Shown: in pieces, positions 10,239-18,052 of the stretch | Position numbering within the stretch: position 1 is the stretch's first letter | Layout of the letters: every line of letters begins with the position of its first letter | Origin: an uncultured Actinomycetes bacterium | GTDB taxonomy: Bacteria; Actinomycetota; UBA4738; HRBIN12 | Reading direction: 5' to 3' | Assembly: GCA_963723855.1 (NCBI GenBank) | Contig: CAVRSI010000019.1 | Location: forward strand, 7,107 to 71,106 | DNA: 64,000 bases | Position numbers and translations under genes: made by a program | The notes under the pieces: generated by a model | The model's database searches: none | What the model was told of the DNA's origin: nothing | Seen by the model: only the letters and a program-made list of their open reading frames with translations

Positions 10239-10495
10239 CTAATGTAGGCATCGCAGCGGGCGATCCGTCGCCGCCACGGCCTCATCGAGGTCCCAGCTGA
10301 GGAGCGCCTTCACGATGGCGGACTTCGCATCGAAGTGGTGGAACAGCGCCGGCTGCCGGACCCCGACGGCATCGGCGATCTGCCGCGTGGTGTCGCGTGG
10401 TATCCCTGGCGTGCGAACAGCTCAGACGCCTCATGGAGGATCACTCTCGCGGGTCGACATCTCGGTCCGACGCCCCCCTCCGTCAGGCTCGCCAT
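10239..10495 (-). pseudogene. TetR-family regulator stub (HTH only, frameshifted and truncated)
   Basis: ILHEASELFARQGYHAT continues after a shift near 10395 as TTRQIADAVGVRQPALFHHFDAKSAIVKALL, which is the TetR N-terminal HTH. A stop follows about 95 codons in total, and there is no ligand-binding domain. Confidence 0.6.
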
Positions 10496-10650
10496 GGCCA
10501 GAGGATAGTTTGTGGATCCCGCCGCCCGCCGGTCCTAGCCGCTGATGTTGGTCTCCTGGCGCGATTGGGGGATATTCCGCTGTACGCGCAAGCGAGCTTC
10601 ATACGCTGTGCAAGCCCTATGCGACGGTCCCGAGGAGCGTTTCCCCTGCT

Positions 10651-10694
10651 AGCGCGCCGGGAGGGAGTCGAACCCCCAACCTTCTGATCCGTAG
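10651..10694. repeat. Direct repeat copy 2 (inside the intact tRNA-Arg plus 2 nt of 3' flank)
   Basis: Identical to 865..908. Confidence 0.9.
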
Positions 10695-10725
10695 TCAGAT
10701 GCTCTATCCATTGAGCTACCGGCGC
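10653..10725 (-). tRNA. tRNA-Arg (anticodon ACG)
   Basis: The reverse complement GCGCCGGTAGCTCAATGGATAGAGCATCTGACTACGGATCAGAAGGTTGGGGGTTCGACTCCCTCCCGGCGCG folds by hand into a 73-nt cloverleaf. The anticodon loop is CT-ACG-GA. Confidence 0.9.
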
Positions 10726-10801
10726 GGAGCCACCAGTCTACCCAAGCCGGCCGGAGGGCCTGGAACGTCCTGGGACCCATCGCGGACCCCATCGCCCTTC
10801 G

Positions 10802-11954
10802 TCAGGCGATCGCGGAGCGTGGGACATCGTCGGTCGATAGATGTGACGGATCCGGGGCCGCCAACTCGACGATCACTTCGGTGCCCCCGCCGGGCCGGGC
10901 CTCGAAACGGATCGTGCCGTCGAGCACGGCCGCGAGTCGGGACGCGGCGAAGAGCCCCAGTCCGAGCCCCTGCGTCGTTCGCGTCATGGATGGGTCGCCC
11001 TGCGTGAACGGCATGGGCGATCGCAGCAGCGACTCATCGATACCCGGGCCGCGGTCGGCGACACGGAACTCGAGTCTGCCCCGCTCGCGACGGACGCGAA
11101 CCTCGACCTGCTCGTCAGGGGGAGAGAACTTCACGGCGTTCTCCATGACATGCCGCAGGAGTTGATTGAGCAGCTCGCGATCCGAGATGAATATCTCGGC
11201 GTTCGCGTCGATGTGGACCCTGACGCGGTTCCGTGGATCTCGCACACCCAGATGATCCAGCACGTGCTCCATGAGGTCCCTGAGCACGACGGGCTCAAGC
11301 CGCACGAACCTCTCGTCGTTGGAGCCATCCAGCACGGCGCTCACGGTGTTCACCAGGTCCGTGAGCCTTCGCGACGCGTCCATCAGGCCGGACAGCAGCG
11401 GGACACCTTCGTCCGTCACCATGCGATGCACCTCGAGCGTCCTGGCGACTCCCGTGATGATCGTCAACGGGGTGCGGAACTCGTGGGACACGGTCGCGAT
11501 CACCGCCGCCTGCCGCACCGCCAGGTCTCGCTCCTGCTCAGCCAGCTCGAGCTCGCGCTCGCGCCCAGCGATGATGCGCTCGATGAGCGCGGCCGTCACC
11601 AGTCCCACGAACAGGAAGACCAGCCCTCGCCCGATCCACAGCGTCGAGCGTTGGGGGATGCTCCCTTCGGTCATGGGCCACAGTGGGCCCGCCAGCAGCG
11701 TCGCGGCCGCCGACGCAACCACGGCCCCTCGATATCGGAAACGGGCGGCGCTCACCAAGATCAGGGGCGTGTACCACGTGGGCGTCACGGACCCGGCGCC
11801 GAACATGCCCGCGAGGCCGTAGCAGAGTCCCGAACCCCAGGCAGATGGCTCCGACGCTGAGCCACGAGGAGAGCCGTCCATGCGGCACGACCACCCGGTC
11901 GATCCAGCCGTGCAGGGCAGCGGGGGGCCAGCGAGATTCGATGGGATCCTCCAT
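10802..11954 (-). CDS. Membrane sensor histidine kinase (orphan; N-terminus probably frame-disrupted near 11826)
   Basis: HisKA H-box VSHEFRTPLTII. HATPase N/G boxes (ENAVKFSP, DRGPGI, GLGLGL). The minimal in-frame start is 11881. A TM helix and an ATG at 11954 lie in an adjacent frame. Confidence 0.75.
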
Positions 11955-12004
11955 CTCCCGGATATCGGCCTGTCTGCTGGAGGCATTGAGCGCTCGGGAG
12001 GCGC

Positions 12005-13687
12005 TCAGCGAAGCGGCTGGGTCGCCACGATGATCCATCGGCTGCCGGTCGGCCGGCTCAACACGAAGGTGAGCGCGAACGGAGATGCAACGCTCTTGGC
12101 CCGCTCACCGCTGGCGTCATAGGTGGTCTTCTCCAACGTGCCACGCGCGTCGACCCCCAAGCTCAGCCCGGCCTGGCCCGCGGTTCGGATCACGGAGGAG
12201 ATGCGAAGAGAGTCGAACCGATAGTTGTCCGCGACGGTCTCGCCGGTCGAGATCGCGTCATCGATGCGCTGCCGCATCGCGATGAGGCGGTCGCCGGAAG
12301 TGACGGCCGAGAGGAGGTCCTTGTCGACGGTCAGCAGGGCCTGCGTCTCGGTCTCGAGGTCCTCGGCGAGGTTCACCGCGACTTCCTGTCCGCCGGGGCC
12401 GGCCAGATCGCTGCTCGATCCCGCGACGTCGGCGTCGACGGTGACACGGGGAAGCGTCGACGGATCGATCTGGGCCGTTACCACCTGGAACGCCTCTGGA
12501 TCGGTGCGGGCAACCTGAGGCATCCCGCGGGACGGTATCCCCACCACGACGATGCCGGCCACCAGGAAGACGGCCGCTGAACCGCCGATCGCGCCGTGCG
12601 TGAACGCGCGTCGAGGCGTGCCGCGGGCCATGTCTCCGATCGTCGTGAGCCGGGCCACGAAGGCACCCGGCCGGTCCTCGTCCGAGCGCGCCGCGGGGAA
12701 GAAGCGCTCCAACGGATAGCGAGCCGCGCACATGACGACGAGCCCCGCGAGCAGCGCCACCTTGGAGCTGAACTCGGTCGTCTGTGGCGCGATCAGCAGG
12801 GTGCAAACCAGGGCGACGGACGCCGCGAAGGCGAGCCGCGCCACCCGTCCGGCAGGCACCGTCTTCGGGTCGGTGATCATGAAGAACAGGAAGATCAGCA
12901 CCTCGGGCGAGGTGACGATCACCCACCAGAACCGGGAACCGCACACGGGCCCGAACGACCAACGAGCCGTCATGCAGTGCCCCGAGGCGGCCACCACGCC
13001 GATGCCGGCGGCCAGCGTGATCCAGAACGCCGCCGACATGGCCAGCAGGTGCAGGCGCCGCGTGATGAGCACGCCTCCCACGATGATGATCAGGAAGGCG
13101 AGCGCCATCCAGAAACCGAAGGGTACCCACCAGAAGTCGAGCGGTTCCACGCGCGTGCTGCCCAGGATCAGGAAGGCCGCGACGAGGCCCACGTTCGACG
13201 GGTTGAACACGTGTGAGCCGCGGTACTTGATCACGTACTTCGTCAGCAGGGAGAGGCCGGCCACGATCGCGAACAGGTACCAGCCGTGCCAGCTCCAGTA
13301 GTCACCGTTCTCGGTGCCGATAACCCGGAAGATCAACGCGACCCCGCTCCCAGTCAGCATGGCGCTCGCCGGCCACACGAGCGATCGGGAGCTGACGAAC
13401 GTCCACGTCACCTCGATCACGGCGCACGTCAGGATGGCGACGAGGATCTGCACCACCGACACCCGGAACCCGAGGACCGTCTGGCCGAGGATGTGGATCG
13501 AGATGATGACCGCCGCGAGATGCAGACGCGGATCGCGGAGGGACGGGAGCACGAGCGGGAATCGCTGCTTGCCGAGACGGACGGTGCGAGACGGTACGGT
13601 CCCCACGGTCGGCTCGGCTCCGAGCGGCGGACGACCAGGCGCCTGAACGGCCCCGGCGTCACGTCCGGACGGACCCAGCTGTGCCAT
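12005..13687 (-). CDS. NqrB/RnfD-like polytopic membrane protein with a C-terminal soluble domain
   Basis: About 10 TM helices. The motif GSHVFNPSNVGLVAAF resembles the G-x-N-x-FNPA motif of RnfD/NqrB. A roughly 190-aa non-membrane tail follows. The start was set at the ATG at 13687; the 186 codons upstream in the ORF are Arg/Pro-rich noise. Confidence 0.5.
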   Translation of the reverse strand: MAQLGPSGRDAGAVQAPGRPPLGAEPTVGTVPSRTVRLGKQRFPLVLPSLRDPRLHLAAVIISIHILGQTVLGFRVSVVQILVAILTCAVIEVTWTFVSSRSLVWPASAMLTGSGVALIFRVIGTENGDYWSWHGWYLFAIVAGLSLLTKYVIKYRGSHVFNPSNVGLVAAFLILGSTRVEPLDFWWVPFGFWMALAFLIIIVGGVLITRRLHLLAMSAAFWITLAAGIGVVAASGHCMTARWSFGPVCGSRFWWVIVTSPEVLIFLFFMITDPKTVPAGRVARLAFAASVALVCTLLIAPQTTEFSSKVALLAGLVVMCAARYPLERFFPAARSDEDRPGAFVARLTTIGDMARGTPRRAFTHGAIGGSAAVFLVAGIVVVGIPSRGMPQVARTDPEAFQVVTAQIDPSTLPRVTVDADVAGSSSDLAGPGGQEVAVNLAEDLETETQALLTVDKDLLSAVTSGDRLIAMRQRIDDAISTGETVADNYRFDSLRISSVIRTAGQAGLSLGVDARGTLEKTTYDASGERAKSVASPFALTFVLSRPTGSRWIIVATQPLR

Positions 13688-13797
13688 CCGGGCAGCTTCC
13701 CATAGCGGCCGTTCGAACGCCGCTGGCGTCACACGCAAGCCTCGGATGGGTACGATTCGCCCCCATCCGCACGCTGCACTCACGAGAGGAGCACGGC

Positions 13798-14280
13798 ATG
13801 ATCTCGACCGAACCGATCGGCAGCATCCCTCGGCCTCAGGCACTGATCGACGCGATGGGCGCGTTCGCCGCGGGCGCGCTCCCCCTCGAAGAGCTTCGCG
13901 CGCATCAGGACGATGCCGTCCGCGACACCGTGGAGCGCTTCGAAGCCACCGGCTCCCCGGTGATCTCGGACGGGGAGCAGACCAAGTCGAGCTTCGTGAC
14001 CTACCCGCTCGAAGGCCTGGACAACCTGACGCCGGAAGGCGCCGTGATCCCGTTCGCGGACACCTGATCGATCCGCGCGTGGAGTCGCCGGAGGAAGTTC
14101 GGGATCGGCTCGTCGAGGCCGCGTCGTACGTTCCCGTGTCGCACCTCGGCACGACGGACGACTGCGGGTTCTCTCCGTTCGCGTACGACACGTCGACCTC
14201 GAGGGACGTCGCGTTCGAGAAGATCCGGGCGCGGATCGAGGGCACGAGGCTCGCCGAGGAGAAGCTCGGCGCCTGGATCC
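13798..14280 (+). pseudogene. Cobalamin-independent methionine-synthase-like (MetE C-terminal-domain family) gene with a large internal deletion
   Basis: About 85 N-terminal codons (MISTEPIGSIPRPQALID...VIPFAD) are joined near 14060-14070, in another frame, to about 65 C-terminal codons (IDPRVESPEEVRDRLVEAASYVPVSHLGTTDDCGFSPF...AFEKIRARIEGT). Confidence 0.6.
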
Positions 14281-14287
14281 TGACCGG

Positions 14288-14376
14288 CGGAGACGCCGGG
14301 ATTCGAACCCGGGAAGGAGTGTTACCCCCTTAACCGCTTAGCAGGCGGCTCCTTTCGGCCACTCAGGCACGTCTCC
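14288..14376 (-). tRNA. tRNA-Ser (anticodon GCT)
   Basis: The reverse complement GGAGACGTGCCTGAGTGGCCGAAAGGAGCCGCCTGCTAAGCGGT...GGTTCGAATCCCGGCGTCTCCG has a long variable arm. The anticodon loop is CT-GCT-AA. Confidence 0.9.
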
Positions 14377-14496
14377 GCGAAGGATTCTAGAAGATGGGGA
14401 CCGGGGAGCCGCCGGTCGAGAGCGGTGGCACGACGGGGTGCCGCGTCCCGGGCCCGCCGCGAAGCGGCGGGCCCGGTGTCGGGCAAGGAGCCATTC

Positions 14497-14583
14497 TTAG
14501 AAGTTGCGCCACCCTGCGCCGGCAGCCATCAAGAAGACGGCCATGGCACCTAGGGAGAGCAAGGTTCGCCGGAGGCGTTCCAT
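14497..14583 (-). CDS. Candidate 28-aa single-TM micropeptide
   Basis: AAGGAG lies 5 nt upstream of the ATG. The peptide is MERLRRTLLSLGAMAVFLMAAGAGWRNF: a basic N-terminus followed by one hydrophobic helix. Confidence 0.35.
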   Translation of the reverse strand: MERLRRTLLSLGAMAVFLMAAGAGWRNF

Positions 14584-14739
14584 CCGTGCTCCTTTCCTCT
14601 ATCGGTTCCTGTCACCCGATATGTCGGCAGTTTCCGACGGCTCTTTAGGGGCGATCTCGTCACCCGTTCGGCCGACAGCTCAAGCGAGCCCGGACGCACC
14701 CCGATACCGGTAGGGGAACCGACCCCTGCGGGAGCGAAG

Positions 14740-15288
14740 ATGCGGCTGATCATGTTCACTGTTGTCGCGGCGTCCGTCGCCGGCCTGGTGGCCGGCGGCA
14801 CGTTCCGCGACTTCCCCTCGACGAGACTCCGAGGCCCCTGGCTCGCCTTGGCCGGTGTTGTGCTGCAGTTCATCCCGGTCGGGGGCACCCTCGGGACCAT
14901 CCTCCTTTACGCATCGTTCGCCGCCCTGATCGCGTTCGGGGTCCTCAACATCCGGGCCCCCGGGGTCGTGCTGATCCTGATCGGCCTGGCGTTGAACGCG
15001 ATCGTGATCGTCGCGAACCAGGGGATGCCGGTGACGCGCAACGCCCTGGAGGGCTCCAACCAATCGGCGACCCTGAGCGAGTTGATCGCCAACGGGGGCG
15101 CCAAGCACCATCTGGCCGACGGCGCGACGAACCTCCTTCCGCTGGGTGATGTCATCCCGCTGGGCCAGCCGTTGAACCAGGCCATCTCGGTCGGAGACGT
15201 GTGCGTGCAGTTGGGCGCCGCATGGTTCATCGTGTTCTCCATGCCGCGTCGCCATCCTCGCACCGCCGGCTCCGAGGCCGCCGCCTGA
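14740..15288 (+). CDS. DUF5317-like small membrane protein (paralog 1)
   Basis: Four or five TM helices and conserved blocks (LNAIVIVANQGMPV, GAKHHLADG, ISVGDV). The paralog is at 60133..60669. Confidence 0.65.
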   Translation: MRLIMFTVVAASVAGLVAGGTFRDFPSTRLRGPWLALAGVVLQFIPVGGTLGTILLYASFAALIAFGVLNIRAPGVVLILIGLALNAIVIVANQGMPVTRNALEGSNQSATLSELIANGGAKHHLADGATNLLPLGDVIPLGQPLNQAISVGDVCVQLGAAWFIVFSMPRRHPRTAGSEAAA

Positions 15289-16850
15289 TGGACGTGCAGG
15301 AGCCCATCGAGGACGTCGGGGAACTCGAGGCTCTCGAGAGACTCCCTCCCTCGGTCGGGAACGTTCCCGCGGGGAGCGCCTCGGTCACCGCCCTCGAAGC
15401 GGTCCTGATCATCCCGCTCGCCTGCTGGCTCTGCTGGCAGGCCACCCTCGTGGACTGGACGCTGGTCGGATGGGGCGCGCTCTTCTTCGTGGTCTGCATC
15501 ATGGCCGTCGACCTCATCCCCATCCCCGCGTGGGAGGACATCGAACTGTCGTTGTCGTTCCCGATCATGATCGGGGTCGCCATGCTCTACAGCCCGCCGG
15601 TCGCCGGGATGATCGCCATCGTCGGTTCGTCCGACATCCATGAGTTCCGCCGCGAGATCCCGTTCCTGCGGGCGATGTGGAACCGGTCCCAGATGGGTCT
15701 CGCGATCATCGCGGCGAGCCTCGTGTTCCATCAGCTCGCGAGCGTGACCTCTCCGTGGTGGATCCTCGTGCCCGCGGCCCTGGCCGCCACGATCACCGCC
15801 TACGCCATCAACGCGATCCTCGTCGCGTTGCACGCCTCGTTGCAGCACGGCCTCTCGGTCCGGCAGGTCCTCAAGAAGATGCACGGGTCACGACCGGTCG
15901 AGTTCCTCGCCTCGTACATCGGTCTGGCCCTCTTCGGCGTCGTCATCGCGCGGTTCTTCATCGAGGAAGGCGCCTGGTCGGTCGTCGTGTTCCTCGCGCC
16001 GCTCGTGTTCGCCCGTCAGATGTACTTCCAGAGTCGCGTGATGGCCGATCGCCTCGCGGAGCAGAACGAGCTCCTGACGGCGCAGGCCCAACGATTGGAG
16101 AACCTCCTTCGCAAGGAGAGTGCGACCGTCGATCAGCTCCGAGAGCTGAACCGGATGAAAGGCGAGTTCGTCGCCGTCGTCTCGCACGAGCTGCGAACCC
16201 CGATCACGGCCATGACGGGGTACGCGAAGACGCTCCGGTTGCCGCAGTTCGCCGACGACGCGCTCCTGCGCGAGGAGTTCCTTGAACGGATGGAGCGCCA
16301 GGGGAACCGCTTGATCGGACTCGTCGAGAACCTCCTGACCACCTCGCGTCTCGAGAACGACCAGTTGTCCATCTCGGTCGGCCGCGTCTTGTTCGAGGAT
16401 CTGTGCCGGGAGACGATCGAGGGTCTGGGCACAGACGCCGAACGGATCGTGGCCCACGTCCCCGACGACATCCCGGTGCTCCACACCGACCGCCAGCTCC
16501 TGTCGCGCATCATCACCAACCTGTTGGACAACGCCTTGAAGTACTCGCCCGAGGGCGCTGCGTGCGAGCTGGACGCCCGAGCCGATGGCGGTGAGCTGGT
16601 GTTCTCCGTCCGCGACAGCGGGATCGGGATCGAGCCGGAACAGATGGAACGGATCTTCGACCGGTTCTATCAGGTGGACTCGTCCTCGACGCGCCGGTTC
16701 AGCGGTGCCGGACTCGGACTGTCGATGGTCCGCGACCTCGTCCATCACCTGGGAGGGACCGTCACCGTGCAAAGCGTCCATGGGGAGGGAAGCACCTTCA
16801 CGGTTCGGCTGCCGATCCACGCGCCGGATGAGGCCGCGGCGACCGGATAG
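15288..16850 (+). CDS. Sensor histidine kinase with a multi-TM N-terminal domain (orphan)
   Basis: The ATG shares its A with the TGA of the DUF5317 gene. About 7 TM helices, a coiled coil, H-box VSHELRTPITAM, and N/G boxes (DNALKYSP, DSGIGI, GAGLGL). Confidence 0.8.
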   Translation: MDVQEPIEDVGELEALERLPPSVGNVPAGSASVTALEAVLIIPLACWLCWQATLVDWTLVGWGALFFVVCIMAVDLIPIPAWEDIELSLSFPIMIGVAMLYSPPVAGMIAIVGSSDIHEFRREIPFLRAMWNRSQMGLAIIAASLVFHQLASVTSPWWILVPAALAATITAYAINAILVALHASLQHGLSVRQVLKKMHGSRPVEFLASYIGLALFGVVIARFFIEEGAWSVVVFLAPLVFARQMYFQSRVMADRLAEQNELLTAQAQRLENLLRKESATVDQLRELNRMKGEFVAVVSHELRTPITAMTGYAKTLRLPQFADDALLREEFLERMERQGNRLIGLVENLLTTSRLENDQLSISVGRVLFEDLCRETIEGLGTDAERIVAHVPDDIPVLHTDRQLLSRIITNLLDNALKYSPEGAACELDARADGGELVFSVRDSGIGIEPEQMERIFDRFYQVDSSSTRRFSGAGLGLSMVRDLVHHLGGTVTVQSVHGEGSTFTVRLPIHAPDEAAATG

Positions 16851-16867
16851 CGCGCTAGTCTGCGCCG

Positions 16868-18043
16868 GTGCCGGATGTCGCGGTCGTCGGAGGGGGGATC
16901 ATCGGCGCTGCCTGCGCGTACGAGCTGACGCGCGCCGGAGCGAGCGTCACGCTGATCGAGCGCGACGAGCTCGCCGCCGGCGCCTCGGGCAGGAACCAAG
17001 GATGGTTCGTGCTCCCCGAGGATCCGCCGCTCGGACCGATGGCCCGCGCCACCCTTCCCGAGTACCTTGACGTCGCCACGTCCGCGCCCCTGCCCGTGTG
17101 GATCGATCGGGAACCGGTCGGACATGTGTTGGTGGCGATGGAGCCCGACGACGTCGAGCGAGCGCAGCCGGCGTTGTCATCGGCCGCGGCGCTCGGCGTG
17201 TCGATCCGACCGCTCGACGCCCGGGAGCTCCACGAGGTCGAACCGGCGATCTCGCCTCATGCCGTGGCCGGCTGGCTCCTTGACCAGGGGCATCGGCTGG
17301 ATCCCGCGGCGCTGACCGTCGCCCTGGCGCTCGCCGCGAAGGCGGCGGGCGCCGACATCCGGCACCACCTCCGCGCGCGCGCGTTGGTGGAGGAGGGCGA
17401 CGCGGTGCGCGGTGTCGTGACGGACGACGGAACGATCGCGGCGGACACCGTCGTCGTCGCGACGGGGCCGTGGTCGACGGCGCTGCTGGATCCGATCGGG
17501 ATCCGGCTGCCGGTGAGCGGGGCACGTGGGTGGATCGTTCGCACGTCCGCGCCGCGCGAGCCCCTCCGCCATCTGATCGAGCATGCAGGGTGGCGGGACG
17601 CGCCAGAGCGACTCGAGGCCGTCAAGAGGCCATCGGCCGCGCGGGTCGCGACGGACGCGGTGCCGCGGGCGGAGGTCGGAGCGATCCTGCACCTGCACCC
17701 GGACGGCACGGTCTTGGTGGGCTCGTCGCGTCAGGCGTGGGTCACGCCCGAGCCCGAGGATCCGAGCGTGCCCCGCAGGCAACTCGCCGCCGCGATCGCG
17801 ATCGTCCCGTCGCTCGCCGAGACACAGGTGCGTTCCACGTGGTGGGGTCTGCGGCCGATCACGCCCGACGAGCGACCGGTCGTCGGCCGGGTCCGTGACG
17901 GGCTGGTCGTGGCGACCGGACACGGGTCCGAGGGCGTGATCCTCGGAGCAGGGACGGCGAAGCTGGTGGCGTCGATCGTGCTCGACCGTCCTCCGCCGTT
18001 CGACGCGGGGCCGTTCGATCCGTTCCGTTTCGACCAGACGTAA
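16868..18043 (+). CDS. FAD-dependent oxidoreductase (DAO / glycine-oxidase-like)
   Basis: Dinucleotide fold VAVVGGGIIGAACAYEL. DAO-family length and a C-terminal GHGSEG motif. Confidence 0.8.
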   Translation: MPDVAVVGGGIIGAACAYELTRAGASVTLIERDELAAGASGRNQGWFVLPEDPPLGPMARATLPEYLDVATSAPLPVWIDREPVGHVLVAMEPDDVERAQPALSSAAALGVSIRPLDARELHEVEPAISPHAVAGWLLDQGHRLDPAALTVALALAAKAAGADIRHHLRARALVEEGDAVRGVVTDDGTIAADTVVVATGPWSTALLDPIGIRLPVSGARGWIVRTSAPREPLRHLIEHAGWRDAPERLEAVKRPSAARVATDAVPRAEVGAILHLHPDGTVLVGSSRQAWVTPEPEDPSVPRRQLAAAIAIVPSLAETQVRSTWWGLRPITPDERPVVGRVRDGLVVATGHGSEGVILGAGTAKLVASIVLDRPPPFDAGPFDPFRFDQT

Positions 18044-18052
18044 CGCCGCGGA

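Larger units (their letters stand above)
865..10694. mobile_element. Putative decayed tRNA-Arg-linked genomic island (no integrase recognisable)
   Basis: The segment is bracketed by the perfect 44-bp tRNA 3'-half repeat. The interior mixes glycosylation cargo with truncated genes (glnD tail, TetR stub, tRNA-Val-like fragment). Less GC-rich patches are visible by eye near 8.6-8.9 kb and 10.1-10.26 kb. Confidence 0.5.

Noticed and set aside
900-10650. Search for an integrase, excisionase, transposase or IS ends inside the tRNA-Arg-flanked segment.
   Set aside because: No frame shows the tyrosine-recombinase R..H..R..Y region, serine-recombinase motifs or a DDE transposase motif, and I noticed no terminal inverted repeats. 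Absence judged by eye is weak evidence, so the island call is kept at moderate confidence.
12005-14245. The full 746-aa extent of the ORF containing the NqrB/RnfD-like protein.
   Set aside because: The first 186 codons are Arg/Ser/Pro-rich. They overlap the MetE-like remnant on the other strand and precede a plausible ATG at 13687 that opens the membrane protein. I trimmed the call accordingly.
14600-14739. GGGGA/CCCC-rich leader upstream of the DUF5317 gene that might be a cyclic-dinucleotide riboswitch.
   Set aside because: I could not lay the sequence onto the conserved cores of the c-di-GMP or ydaO/c-di-AMP classes by eye. The apparent stems include a loop-less palindrome (taccggta). No claim is made without a covariance-model scan.
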